Source of the DNA: Sediminibacterium ginsengisoli
GTDB taxonomy: Bacteria; Bacteroidota; Bacteroidia; Chitinophagales; Chitinophagaceae
DNA length: 64,000 nt
Direction of reading: 5' to 3'
Assembly (NCBI GenBank): GCA_945901845.1
Contig: CAMDLR010000010.1
Span: 1,143-65,142 of the forward strand
In this document: piece after piece, positions 9,301-18,849 of the stretch
How positions within the stretch are numbered: position 1 is the stretch's first letter
How the letters are laid out: each line of letters starts with the position of its first letter
Position numbers and translations under genes: made by a program
The notes under the pieces: generated by a model
The model's database searches: none
What the model was told of the DNA's origin: nothing
Seen by the model: only the letters and a program-made list of their open reading frames with translations

Positions 9301-10572
9301 TTAAAATGATTTCAAGATTTCGTAGAACCTATACACATCTGCAAAACTGCAATAAAGTGGTGCAGGCGCTACTCGAATGACACCTGGTTCTCTATAATCA
9401 ACTATAATGCCATGGTCTTTCATTTTCTGGTAAATTTCCTTTCCTTTTTCTTCAAAAAACAAACAGAGTTGTGCACCCCGTTGGGTTGGGTCGGAAGGGG
9501 TAATAAGGGTAAAAGAAAGAGACGTTAATTGTTCCAATAAGAAGGCTAAATAGCCGGTTAGTGCAATGCTTTTATTGCGTAAATTTTGCATGCCAGCTTC
9601 TTCAAAAATTGACAAAGATGCTTTTAAGTTTACGGTATTAAATACCTGTGCGGTACTGATATTCCAACCCGATGCAGTGGGTTTTGCAATAAATCCTTTT
9701 TCCATTTTAAAGCGGGTTGCTTCATCATTGCCCCACCAACCAGCTAGGCGAGGTGTGTCTATATTAGTAGCATGTTTTTCATGCACAAATACGCCACCTA
9801 CTGCGCCTGGGCCAGCGTTCAAATACTTATAAGAACACCATACTGCAAAATCTACATTCCATGCGTTTAATTGCATGGGTACATTGCCCGCAACATGCGC
9901 TAAATCAAACGCTGCGATGGCACCCACTTTATGTGCTGCATCTGTTATGGATTTGATATCAAAAAGTTGGCCAGTATAATAATTAATGCCACCAAAAAGT
10001 ACCATCGCTAGCGAATCACCGGCGGCTTCAATGGCCGTAACAATGGCACTGTTTTCAATTGTTTTTTTACATGCTTCTGGTTTAATTTCTATTATAGCAA
10101 CCTCAGGGTCTAGGTTAAAATGCTTAACGAGTGTTTCTACGGCGTACTGATCGGAGGGGAAGGCGCCGGCTTCCATCATTATTTTAAAACGGGTAGAAGT
10201 AGGCTTATAAAAACTGAGCATTAAGAGGTGCAAGTTTACAGTAAGGGCATTCATCACTGTAATTTCATCTTCTTTTGCGCCCATCATATTAGCTAGGGTG
10301 GCCCTAGTATATTCCTGGTAATTAAGCCATGGATTGGTGCCGCCAAAATAGCCGCCAATGGCTAAATCTCTCCAACTGGTAAGTTCAGTTTCTATGGCAG
10401 CGGCTACATTTTTAGGCTGAAGTCCAAGTGAATTTCCACAAAAATAAATGACATCGTTGTCACCATGTTTTGGGAAATGGAACTGCGATTTAAACGGCGC
10501 TAGTGGATCATTGGCATCCATGTTTGCGGCAAATGATGGTGACGCTAAATAAGCGTTAGAATACTGGTACAT
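9301..10572 (-). CDS. kynU: kynureninase
   Basis: 423 aa class-V-fold PLP enzyme with the blocks YFCGNSLGLQPK, FAVWCSYKYLNAGPG and REPGVIRVAP, which are typical of kynureninases. Confidence 0.9.
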   Translation of the reverse strand: MYQYSNAYLASPSFAANMDANDPLAPFKSQFHFPKHGDNDVIYFCGNSLGLQPKNVAAAIETELTSWRDLAIGGYFGGTNPWLNYQEYTRATLANMMGAKEDEITVMNALTVNLHLLMLSFYKPTSTRFKIMMEAGAFPSDQYAVETLVKHFNLDPEVAIIEIKPEACKKTIENSAIVTAIEAAGDSLAMVLFGGINYYTGQLFDIKSITDAAHKVGAIAAFDLAHVAGNVPMQLNAWNVDFAVWCSYKYLNAGPGAVGGVFVHEKHATNIDTPRLAGWWGNDEATRFKMEKGFIAKPTASGWNISTAQVFNTVNLKASLSIFEEAGMQNLRNKSIALTGYLAFLLEQLTSLSFTLITPSDPTQRGAQLCLFFEEKGKEIYQKMKDHGIIVDYREPGVIRVAPAPLYCSFADVYRFYEILKSF

Positions 10573-10699
10573 ACAATAAAGTTAACGCCCCTTGTGCACA
10601 AAGGTTCACCCGGCTGTCATTTTTATATATAAATGTGTAACATAATGGCCAATATTTTAGCAGAATGCTTATTTTCATCTCCTCTATAAATCCAATTCT

Positions 10700-13228
10700 A
10701 TGAAGTATTGCACATCCCTTTTTTGCCTCTTTGTTGCCGTCCTATTTATGAGCGGTTCAGCTACTGCACAGCAGGTACCCGTAACCAAGGCTAACTATGC
10801 CCTTGCCGCAAGGTTCTCTCCTAAAAAAGTAGATAAACTTATTTTTTCTACATCGGTGGATCCGCATTTTCTAAAAAAGTCGGAACGCTTTTGGTATATG
10901 TATGAAACCACAGAAGGTAAAAAATGGTATATCATAGATCCGATTAAAGCAGAAAAGAAATTACTTTTTGATAACGCCGATTTAGCTGCAAAAATTACAC
11001 GCATCGTAAAAGACCCTTTTGATGCACAGCATTTAGCCATTGATAGTATGCGTTTTATTAGAGACGAAAATTGGATTCAGTTTGAAGTAAAAAGTACCCA
11101 GGAAATTGAAAAGAAAGATTCGACAGCTAAAAAAGGTACGCCTTCTGTAAAAGAGAAAAAGGTATTTTATTTCGAATACAATTTGCAAACTTCAGAACTT
11201 GTGGAGCTTCCTGAATTAAAGAAGCCAAAGCGCAAGCCAAGTTGGGCCAACGTTTCTCCAGATGGAAATTCAATTATTTTTGGTAGAAGCAACAACTTGT
11301 ATTGGATGGATAAGGCATCTTACGAAAAAGCCTTAATCAATGAAAATGATTCTACCATTGTTGAAAAGCAATTGACCAAAGACGGTATCGAAAATTTTGG
11401 TTATTTCAATGACAATAATTTATCAGGTACCGGTCAAACCGACGAAGAAAAAGAAAAGGATAAAAAGAAGCGTAAGGGTGCTTATGTGATGTGGTCGCCA
11501 AATTCAAAATATTTTGTTGTTAAAAAAGTAGACAATACCAAGGTTAAAGATTTATGGGTCATAAATAATGTGAGTGGCCCACGTCCTACACTTGAAACCT
11601 ATAAATATTGGATGCCCGGCGAAAAAGAAGCACCCGTAGATCATTTGTATGTATTTGACATCACTACTGCTACCGGTAAAGAACTGAATGTATCAAAATT
11701 TAAAGATCAGGGTGTTGCTGTTTGGTCTGATCCAGGAAAAGTGAATACTAGAGACGATGATTTTAGAGCATCTGTTTGGCTTGGTGATAACAGTAAATTT
11801 TATTTTACAAGAACGAGTCGTGATCAAAAGCGAATAGATGTTTGCACGGTAGATGTTGTAACAGCAGCAGTTAATCCTTTAATTACTGAAACCTTTAATA
11901 CCTATATCGAAAACAAGAGAGTAGGACTTATTAATGGAGGGAAAGAACTTGTTAAATGGAGTGAGCAGGACGGATGGGCGCATTTTTATTTGCACGATGA
12001 AAATGGCAAGCTTAAAAATCAAATTACATCTGGGACTTATCACTGCGAAGAAATTTTAGGGATTGATGAAGCAAAGCGTGTATTGTATTTTTCGGCGAAT
12101 GGTAAAGAAGTAGGAGAAGATCCATACCTTTTACACGCATATCGTGTAAACTTTGATGGTACGGGTTTAAAACTATTAAATCCAGGTAATTTTGATCATG
12201 CTATGCGCATGAATGATAACAATAGTTTTTTTGTTAATAATTTTTCACGTGTAAACTCGGTGCCAGCATCGGTGCTTTACAATGCAGATGGCAAAAAAGT
12301 AATGGATCTTGAAACCGCAGATTTGTCTTCATTGATGGCTACTGGTTATAAGTTTCCAGAAACTTTTAAAGTAAAAGCAGATGACGGCATCACCGATTTA
12401 TATGGCGTGATGTACAAGCCTTTTGATTTTGATTCTACTAAAAAATACCCCATTATAGAGTATGTATATCCAGGTCCTCAAACAGAAGCGGTAAATAAAG
12501 CCTTTACAAAAGGGATGGACCGCATAGACCGTTTAGCCCAAATGGGTTTTGTGGTGGTAACTATTGGTAACAGAGGTGGACATCCTGCTAGAAGCAAGTG
12601 GTACCACAATTATGGGTATGGTAATTTGCGTGATTACGGACTTGCCGACAAAAAAGCAGCGGTAGAGCAACTTGCCGACCGCTATAAATTTATTGACATT
12701 GATAGAGTAGGTATACATGGTCATTCGGGCGGAGGGTTTATGAGTACCGCTGCGATGCTTGTATATCCAAACTTTTTTAAAGTAGCCGTTTCGTCGGCGG
12801 GTAACCATGACAACAGCGTTTACAACCGTTGGTGGAGTGAGCAGCACCATGGCGTTAAAGAAGTGATTGGTGATAAAGGTGATACGAGCTTTTTATATAG
12901 CATCGAAAAAAATCCGGACTTGGCTAAAAACTTAAAAGGTCATCTAATGCTTTCTCATGGTGATATTGACAACAATGTGCATCCAAGTAATACCATTCGA
13001 ATGGCTAACGCTTTAATCAAAGCAAACAAACGTTTTGATTTGGTATTACTGCCAGGTCAAAGACACGGTTATGGTGATATGGTAGAGTATTTCTTTTGGC
13101 GTCAAGCAGATTATTTTGCAGAACATTTACTAGGGGATAAAACGTCAAGATCTAATACGGAAATAGAGGAAATGACCAAAGAAATGGAGCAGTCTAATAA
13201 GGCAGCTACTGGTGGTAGAAGAAATTAA
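10700..13228 (+). CDS. S9-family serine peptidase with DPP-IV-type N-terminal propeller
   Basis: 842 aa with a signal peptide. Catalytic triad context: GHSGGG (Ser), HGDIDNNVH (Asp), QRHGYG (His). Confidence 0.85.
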   Translation: MKYCTSLFCLFVAVLFMSGSATAQQVPVTKANYALAARFSPKKVDKLIFSTSVDPHFLKKSERFWYMYETTEGKKWYIIDPIKAEKKLLFDNADLAAKITRIVKDPFDAQHLAIDSMRFIRDENWIQFEVKSTQEIEKKDSTAKKGTPSVKEKKVFYFEYNLQTSELVELPELKKPKRKPSWANVSPDGNSIIFGRSNNLYWMDKASYEKALINENDSTIVEKQLTKDGIENFGYFNDNNLSGTGQTDEEKEKDKKKRKGAYVMWSPNSKYFVVKKVDNTKVKDLWVINNVSGPRPTLETYKYWMPGEKEAPVDHLYVFDITTATGKELNVSKFKDQGVAVWSDPGKVNTRDDDFRASVWLGDNSKFYFTRTSRDQKRIDVCTVDVVTAAVNPLITETFNTYIENKRVGLINGGKELVKWSEQDGWAHFYLHDENGKLKNQITSGTYHCEEILGIDEAKRVLYFSANGKEVGEDPYLLHAYRVNFDGTGLKLLNPGNFDHAMRMNDNNSFFVNNFSRVNSVPASVLYNADGKKVMDLETADLSSLMATGYKFPETFKVKADDGITDLYGVMYKPFDFDSTKKYPIIEYVYPGPQTEAVNKAFTKGMDRIDRLAQMGFVVVTIGNRGGHPARSKWYHNYGYGNLRDYGLADKKAAVEQLADRYKFIDIDRVGIHGHSGGGFMSTAAMLVYPNFFKVAVSSAGNHDNSVYNRWWSEQHHGVKEVIGDKGDTSFLYSIEKNPDLAKNLKGHLMLSHGDIDNNVHPSNTIRMANALIKANKRFDLVLLPGQRHGYGDMVEYFFWRQADYFAEHLLGDKTSRSNTEIEEMTKEMEQSNKAATGGRRN

Positions 13229-13238
13229 ATAGGGATGC

Positions 13239-13742
13239 ATGAAAATTTTTCTAGTAGGGTTAATGGGGTCCGGAAAAAGTTATTGGACAAAACAATTGGC
13301 AAAAAAATACAAGACCGGCGGATATGATTTAGATTACTTAATTGAAGTAAAAGAAGAAAAAACCATTGCCGAAATTTTTGCCGAAGATGGTGAAGATTAT
13401 TTTAGAAAAGTAGAGTCTACGGTACTTAAATGGTTTGCCGAAAAAAAAACATATGTGCTTGCGACAGGCGGGGGTGCTCCTTGTTTTTTTGATAATATGG
13501 CTTGGATGAACAAGCAGGGCATAACCATTTGGCTGGATGAACCTTTGCCTGTTATAGCGGCTAGGTTGGCTCCCGAAAAGGCACACCGTCCTTTAATTGC
13601 GCATTTATCAGATTCGGAGCTCATTGCTTTTTTAGAAAAGCAAAGAGCAGATAGGCTTCCATTTTATAGTGCCGCTCAAATATATTTGCGGGACCAATCA
13701 ATTACCTCAGACAGCTTTAAAAAAGCACTTGCTAAATTATAA
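13239..13742 (+). CDS. aroK: shikimate kinase
   Basis: 167 aa with Walker A GLMGSGKS, a GGG lid (ATGGGAP) and a size typical of AroK. Confidence 0.85.
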   Translation: MKIFLVGLMGSGKSYWTKQLAKKYKTGGYDLDYLIEVKEEKTIAEIFAEDGEDYFRKVESTVLKWFAEKKTYVLATGGGAPCFFDNMAWMNKQGITIWLDEPLPVIAARLAPEKAHRPLIAHLSDSELIAFLEKQRADRLPFYSAAQIYLRDQSITSDSFKKALAKL

Positions 13743-13745
13743 ACG

Positions 13746-14168
13746 ATGATTTCTAAATATTATATTCCTATTGCTGCTTTTTTGGGTGCATTAACTGTGG
13801 CCCTTGGCGCTTTTGGTGCACATGCTTTAAAAGCAGTTTTATCTCCAGCCGCACTTATTACCTATGAAACAGCAGTGCGTTATCAAATGTATCATGTGGT
13901 GGCGCTAATACTTACTGGGATTTTATTACAGAAAGCGTCATCTCCAAAACAACAAAAGCTTTTAAATAGGGCAGGGCTATTTTTTATAGATGGCATTGTG
14001 CTCTTTTCTGGGTCTTTGTATTTTATTGTAGCAAAGCCTTTTTTGGGGATTGAGGGCTTGTCTTGGGTGGGCGTTATAACACCGATGGGAGGTCTGCTTT
14101 GGATGGTTGCTTGGGTGCTATTAGGCCGCTCACAACTTAAGGGCGTGGAAAACTCTGACACGGCCTAG
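13746..14168 (+). CDS. DUF423-family small membrane protein (YgdD-like)
   Basis: 140 aa with four predicted TM helices and GAFGAHAL / YQMYH motifs typical of DUF423. Confidence 0.7.
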   Translation: MISKYYIPIAAFLGALTVALGAFGAHALKAVLSPAALITYETAVRYQMYHVVALILTGILLQKASSPKQQKLLNRAGLFFIDGIVLFSGSLYFIVAKPFLGIEGLSWVGVITPMGGLLWMVAWVLLGRSQLKGVENSDTA

Positions 14169-14217
14169 CATTTTTGCACATCGGCGCCTTACCCGTTATA
14201 GACCGAGCCCCTTAACT

Positions 14218-14225
14218 TATATTTG
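14218..14225 (+). promoter_or_regulatory. Bacteroidota -7 promoter box TAtaTTTG
   Basis: Exact TAnnTTTG match. It ends 5 nt before the ftsK ATG at 14231. Confidence 0.45.
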
Positions 14226-14230
14226 TTTCC

Positions 14231-16753
14231 ATGGCAAATAGTATAAGAAAGAAAGCAACCACTCCTCCAGATCCTGAGCAGTTAACGCCAGATAAGGAAA
14301 CAGAAGTAACCGTTACGGAAGTTGTAAAAGACGAGCGTACCACTAAAATTATTGGTGCTGTAACTTTATTGTTTGCAGGTTTTTTGTTTGTTGCCTTTAC
14401 CTCTTATTTATTTACTTGGCAAGAAGATCAAGATAAAGTACATCAGTTTGGCATTAAAATTTTTGCAGAAAATGGTTTGCGTGTAAGCAATTTGCTTGGC
14501 GTACTTGGCGCATATGTGGCACACTCATTATTTTACAAAGGCTTTGGACTTTCCGCTTATTTGTTGTGCACTTTCTTTTTTGTACTTGGGGTTAATTTAA
14601 TGTTCGGTAAAAAAATATTTAGTCTTTGGCGAAATGCACGTTATGTCCTTGTTGGCTTACTCATATTAAGTACTGCTTTTGCATTTGTAGCTTCTGCTAG
14701 TTCGTTTTCATGGGGTGGGGCAGTAGGAGAGTTGTTTACCTCTTTCTTGCAAAAATGGACGGGTACTTTTGGTACCGGTGCTATATTGATACTAGCCGCA
14801 TTTAGTTATTTTATTTGGCGTTTTAATCCTGTTTTTAAGGCTCCTACATTTAATTTCAAGTCTAGTAATACCGATACTTCCAATTTAGGGGTTCCATTTA
14901 CCACCGATGACGAAAAGCCTGTTGTGCAAGCTTGGGATGAAGCTGGTGCACTTGTGCCAGATCCTAATGCACCATTAGAGGAAGAAGCATTTGAAAACGA
15001 AGCAGCAGAAAAAAAAACGGCAGTAGTGCCGGTGGTATCTAGTGGCAATAAATTAAAATCGGAAGGGAAAGCTGTATCTGTAATTATGCCTGATGCGCCC
15101 GAAGAAATCATGCCAACGGAATTAGCGCCGCATATGAGTGGCGAAGATCCACTTGATTTAGATGAAGCACTTGAAGAGGATTTATCTTTAGAAATCAACG
15201 AAACACCCATCGAAGAGTCCGCGCCTGCTGCAAGCCTTGGCAAACTCAATACCAAATACGATACCACACTTGATTTAAAAAATTATAAGTATCCAAGTAT
15301 TAATTTACTAGAAACACACGGTAGCGAAAAAATTGTGCATGACCCACAAGAATTGGAAATGCACAAAAATCAAATTATTGCTACGCTAAAGAATTACGAC
15401 ATAGCTATTCAAAAAATTCAGGCAACAGTTGGTCCAACAGTAACACTTTACGAAATCGTGCCGGCGCCGGGTGTTCGTATTAGTAGAATTAAAAACCTCG
15501 AAGACGATATTGCGCTAAGCCTTGCTGCACTTGGTATTCGTATCATTGCGCCAATTCCGGGTAAAGGTACCATTGGTATAGAAGTGCCTAATATTAGAAA
15601 GTCGGTGGTGAGTATGAAAACGCTTTTAGCGAGTGATAAATTTAGAACCAGTGATTATTCTTTACCTATTGCAATTGGTAAAAAAATTGACAATGAAAAC
15701 TTTATCGTAGACCTTGCAAGTATGCCACACCTTTTAATGGCGGGTGCTACTGGTCAGGGTAAATCGGTGGGGTTAAATGCAATACTCGTATCGCTACTCT
15801 ATAAAAAACATCCTTCACAACTCAAGTTTGTTTTAGTGGATCCTAAAAAAGTGGAGTTGAGTTTATACCGTGTTATTGAAAAACACTTTTTAGCAAAGCT
15901 TCCTGGTGAAGACGACGCTATTATTACCGATACCAAAAAAGTAATTAATACCCTCAATGCACTTTGTATTGAAATGGACAACCGTTACGATTTATTAAAA
16001 GAAGCGGGTTGTAGAAATATCAAAGAGTACAATGAGAAGTTTACGGCTAGAAAATTAAATCCAGAAAAAGGACATCAGTACCTGCCATTTATTGTACTGG
16101 TAGTAGATGAATTTGCCGATTTAATTATGACGGCTGGCAAGGAGGTAGAAATGCCAATCGCTAGGCTAGCACAGCTAGCAAGAGCAGTAGGTATTCACCT
16201 GATCATTGCAACGCAGCGTCCTTCTGTAAATATCATTACCGGTACCATTAAGGCCAATTTCCCTGCGCGTATAGCGTTTAAAGTGTCCAGTAAAATTGAT
16301 AGCCGTACCATTTTAGATGCCGGTGGAGCCGAACAATTGATTGGAAAGGGAGACATGCTTGTTTCTTATAATGGTGAAATTACCCGTTTGCAATGTGCGT
16401 TTGTAGATACCCCAGAAGTAGAAGCAGTTTGTGAATTTATTGGTGACCAAAAAGGCTATCCACAAGCGTTTTTACTACCCGAATATGTGGATGAAAAGGA
16501 TATGGAAGGCCGAGATTTTGACGCTGGTGATAGAGACCCTCTATTTGAAGATGCCGCACGTTTAATTGTTCAAAGCCAGATGGGCTCAACCTCACTCATT
16601 CAGCGCCGAATGAAGCTTGGCTATAATAGAGCAGGCCGTTTAATGGACCAGTTAGAAGCGGCTGGTATTGTGGGGCCTAACCAAGGTAGCAAGGCTAGGG
16701 AAGTACGCTTTAAAACAGACACCGAATTAGAGATGTTTTTAGAAACATTGTAA
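14231..16753 (+). CDS. ftsK: DNA translocase FtsK
   Basis: 840 aa. N-terminal TM segments and an acidic low-complexity linker precede a motor domain with Walker A GATGQGKS and Walker B LVVDEFADL. The C-terminal gamma domain reads QRRMKLGYNRAGRLMDQLE. Confidence 0.9.
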   Translation: MANSIRKKATTPPDPEQLTPDKETEVTVTEVVKDERTTKIIGAVTLLFAGFLFVAFTSYLFTWQEDQDKVHQFGIKIFAENGLRVSNLLGVLGAYVAHSLFYKGFGLSAYLLCTFFFVLGVNLMFGKKIFSLWRNARYVLVGLLILSTAFAFVASASSFSWGGAVGELFTSFLQKWTGTFGTGAILILAAFSYFIWRFNPVFKAPTFNFKSSNTDTSNLGVPFTTDDEKPVVQAWDEAGALVPDPNAPLEEEAFENEAAEKKTAVVPVVSSGNKLKSEGKAVSVIMPDAPEEIMPTELAPHMSGEDPLDLDEALEEDLSLEINETPIEESAPAASLGKLNTKYDTTLDLKNYKYPSINLLETHGSEKIVHDPQELEMHKNQIIATLKNYDIAIQKIQATVGPTVTLYEIVPAPGVRISRIKNLEDDIALSLAALGIRIIAPIPGKGTIGIEVPNIRKSVVSMKTLLASDKFRTSDYSLPIAIGKKIDNENFIVDLASMPHLLMAGATGQGKSVGLNAILVSLLYKKHPSQLKFVLVDPKKVELSLYRVIEKHFLAKLPGEDDAIITDTKKVINTLNALCIEMDNRYDLLKEAGCRNIKEYNEKFTARKLNPEKGHQYLPFIVLVVDEFADLIMTAGKEVEMPIARLAQLARAVGIHLIIATQRPSVNIITGTIKANFPARIAFKVSSKIDSRTILDAGGAEQLIGKGDMLVSYNGEITRLQCAFVDTPEVEAVCEFIGDQKGYPQAFLLPEYVDEKDMEGRDFDAGDRDPLFEDAARLIVQSQMGSTSLIQRRMKLGYNRAGRLMDQLEAAGIVGPNQGSKAREVRFKTDTELEMFLETL

Positions 16754-16757
16754 TACC

Positions 16758-16765
16758 TATCTTTG
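16758..16765 (+). promoter_or_regulatory. Bacteroidota -7 promoter box TAtcTTTG
   Basis: Exact TAnnTTTG match about 30 nt upstream of the ATG at 16795. Confidence 0.4.
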
Positions 16766-16794
16766 CCGCGAAAACCCAAAATAAACTCCATTCA

Positions 16795-17421
16795 ATGAAA
16801 AAGTTATTTTCACTTGCAATCGTTTTACTTTCAATTGTTACTGCCCATGCGCAAAATGATCCAAACGCTAAAAAGATTTTGGATATGGTCAGTGCTAAAG
16901 TGAAAAGTTTTTCAACTATCACTGCAAATTTTTCTATCAATTCGGTTTCTAGTAAAGGGAAAAATAATGGTGTTAAGTCGGGTAATATCTCTATTAAAGG
17001 TGCTAAATATGTTTTAGCGCAAGGAAAAATGCAAGTGATTTGTGATGGCGTTAAAACCTATAATTTTGATGGCGCTAAAACCATCACGGTTACCAGTTTG
17101 GAAGAGAGCAATCAATCATTAAGTCCACAAAAAATACTTTCTGGTGATTATGCTAAAGATTTTGTTTGTAAACTCATTGGAACCAAGGCTGGACTTAGTG
17201 AAATTGAAATGAAGCCTATCGATGCGCGCAAAAACTTTTCTAAAGTAAATGTGTTTGTTGATAATGCTAAATCAATGATTACAAAAGCGGTAATTTTAGA
17301 CAAAAGCAACAATACATTACAAGTAAGCTTCAGTAATTTAGTTTCTAATAAAGTACTAGATAACGCAATGTTTGTTTTTAACAAAGCAAAGTATCCAAAA
17401 GACGTTGAAATTTTAGATTAA
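16795..17421 (+). CDS. lolA: LolA-like outer-membrane lipoprotein carrier protein
   Basis: 208 aa with a signal peptide and size and composition consistent with the LolA fold. It lies immediately downstream of ftsK, the ftsK-lolA synteny known from E. coli. Confidence 0.6.
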   Translation: MKKLFSLAIVLLSIVTAHAQNDPNAKKILDMVSAKVKSFSTITANFSINSVSSKGKNNGVKSGNISIKGAKYVLAQGKMQVICDGVKTYNFDGAKTITVTSLEESNQSLSPQKILSGDYAKDFVCKLIGTKAGLSEIEMKPIDARKNFSKVNVFVDNAKSMITKAVILDKSNNTLQVSFSNLVSNKVLDNAMFVFNKAKYPKDVEILD

Positions 17422-17429
17422 GCCTACAT

Positions 17430-18335
17430 TTATTGTACTAAAAAAGTAACGCCCTCATGGGCTATATCTGTATTGGCAAAAACAGTTCTTGCCTCCATAA
17501 CATGGCTTTCTATACTTTCATATTTACTGCTAAAATGCCCAATCAATAAGCGGTTTACTTTTGCTTCTTTGGCAATGGTGGCTGCCTGAATGGTAGTAGC
17601 ATGAAAACGCTCTGCTGCTTTTTGTGTTTGGTCCTGTAAATACGTGGCTTCGTGGTAGAGTAAATTAGCATCCATAGCATGTTCTACTAAACCTAGATCA
17701 AAAACAGTATCGGCAGTATACACGTATTTTTTATTGGGGCTTGCTGGATCTGTTACGCGTGCATTTGTAATTACCTCACCTGTTTTGGTTTCATAGTCAT
17801 ACCCTTTTTTTAATTCGTCGTAGTAACTAAAAGGGACTTCCGCAGCGATCACTTTTTCTTTATTTATTTTTCGGGGTGCCTTGTTTTCAGAAATGGTAAA
17901 TCCATAACAGGGTATTCTATGCTGGGTAGGAAAGCAGCTCACCTTAAATTTTGGGGTTTCAACAAGGGTGCCAGCCTCAATAATGGTATGAAAATGTAAA
18001 GGGTAGGGTATACTTGCATTCGCTACCGCTAATTGCATATCAATAATCTCTTTGAGGCCAGGCGGGCTAAAAAGATGTAAATCGGTAGTTCGGCCTAGTA
18101 AATCCATACTGGTGATGAGGCCAATAAGGCCAAAATAATGGTCGCCATGGAGGTGGGAGATGAAAATATGGTTGATTTTACTTCTTTTCACCTTGTAACG
18201 GCTCATTTGTATTTGGGTAGCTTCGCCACAATCTATCAGAATAGATTGGTCCTGAATGCTTATTACCTGGGCTGTTGGATGCCTATCGTAGGCCGGAAGG
18301 GCCGAGTTATTACCTAAAATAGTGACTCCAAACAT
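17430..18335 (-). CDS. rnz: ribonuclease Z (metallo-beta-lactamase fold)
   Basis: 301 aa with the HxHxDH motif (SHLHGDHYFG), N-terminal ILGNNSA.P and DCGE. Confidence 0.85.
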   Translation of the reverse strand: MFGVTILGNNSALPAYDRHPTAQVISIQDQSILIDCGEATQIQMSRYKVKRSKINHIFISHLHGDHYFGLIGLITSMDLLGRTTDLHLFSPPGLKEIIDMQLAVANASIPYPLHFHTIIEAGTLVETPKFKVSCFPTQHRIPCYGFTISENKAPRKINKEKVIAAEVPFSYYDELKKGYDYETKTGEVITNARVTDPASPNKKYVYTADTVFDLGLVEHAMDANLLYHEATYLQDQTQKAAERFHATTIQAATIAKEAKVNRLLIGHFSSKYESIESHVMEARTVFANTDIAHEGVTFLVQ

Positions 18336-18396
18336 ATATTTCTGGGGAAATGGCGTAAAAAGATGCCCAAATTTATCCTTTTTACATTATAATACC

Positions 18397-18404
18397 TACC
18401 TTTG
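18397..18404 (+). promoter_or_regulatory. Bacteroidota -7 promoter box TAccTTTG
   Basis: Exact TAnnTTTG match about 55 nt upstream of the rpsO ATG. Confidence 0.45.
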
Positions 18405-18459
18405 CAGCCGATAAAAAATAGAAGAAAACAATTACGGAGTCTTATTTAAACATTTTGAA

Positions 18460-18732
18460 ATGTCGCATTTAACAAAAGAAAAAACAGCAAGCATTTTTGC
18501 TGAGTTTGGTGGAAAAGCCACTAACACGGGTTCAATCGAAGGTCAAGTAGCAATACTAACTGAGCGTATTTCCCATATTTCTAAGCATTTACAAGCTAAC
18601 AAGCAAGATCATTCTACACAACGTGGTTTGATGATGATGGTTGGTCAACGTAAGCGCTTATTGGCTTATATGCAAAAGCATAACCTACAGGGCTATCGTG
18701 CTCTAATTGAAAAACTAGGTTTAAGAAAATAA
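18460..18732 (+). CDS. rpsO: 30S ribosomal protein S15
   Basis: 90 aa containing HLQANKQDHSTQRGLMMMVGQRKRLLAYM, the conserved S15 core. Confidence 0.95.
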   Translation: MSHLTKEKTASIFAEFGGKATNTGSIEGQVAILTERISHISKHLQANKQDHSTQRGLMMMVGQRKRLLAYMQKHNLQGYRALIEKLGLRK

Positions 18733-18754
18733 TTTTTCTTTACGAATGATACTG

Positions 18755-18800
18755 CTATTCCCAACTGCTTATTAATAACGGTTGGGAATAGTTATTTCTA
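18755..18800 (+). terminator. hairpin / probable partial terminator between rpsO and pnp
   Basis: Perfect 11-bp stem CTATTCCCAAC (18755-18765) / GTTGGGAATAG (18781-18791), followed by T-rich TTATTTCTATT. Confidence 0.5.
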
Positions 18801-18849
18801 TTGGTACCTATTTTTTTAGTTCATTCATTTACCCAATCAACACAATTTT

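Noticed and set aside
14806-15267. 153-aa minus-strand ORF inside ftsK
   Set aside because: It is antisense to the acidic, low-complexity linker of FtsK. Its Ser/Ala/Gly-rich translation mirrors the Glu/Asp/Ala-rich sense frame. There is no independent motif or start context.
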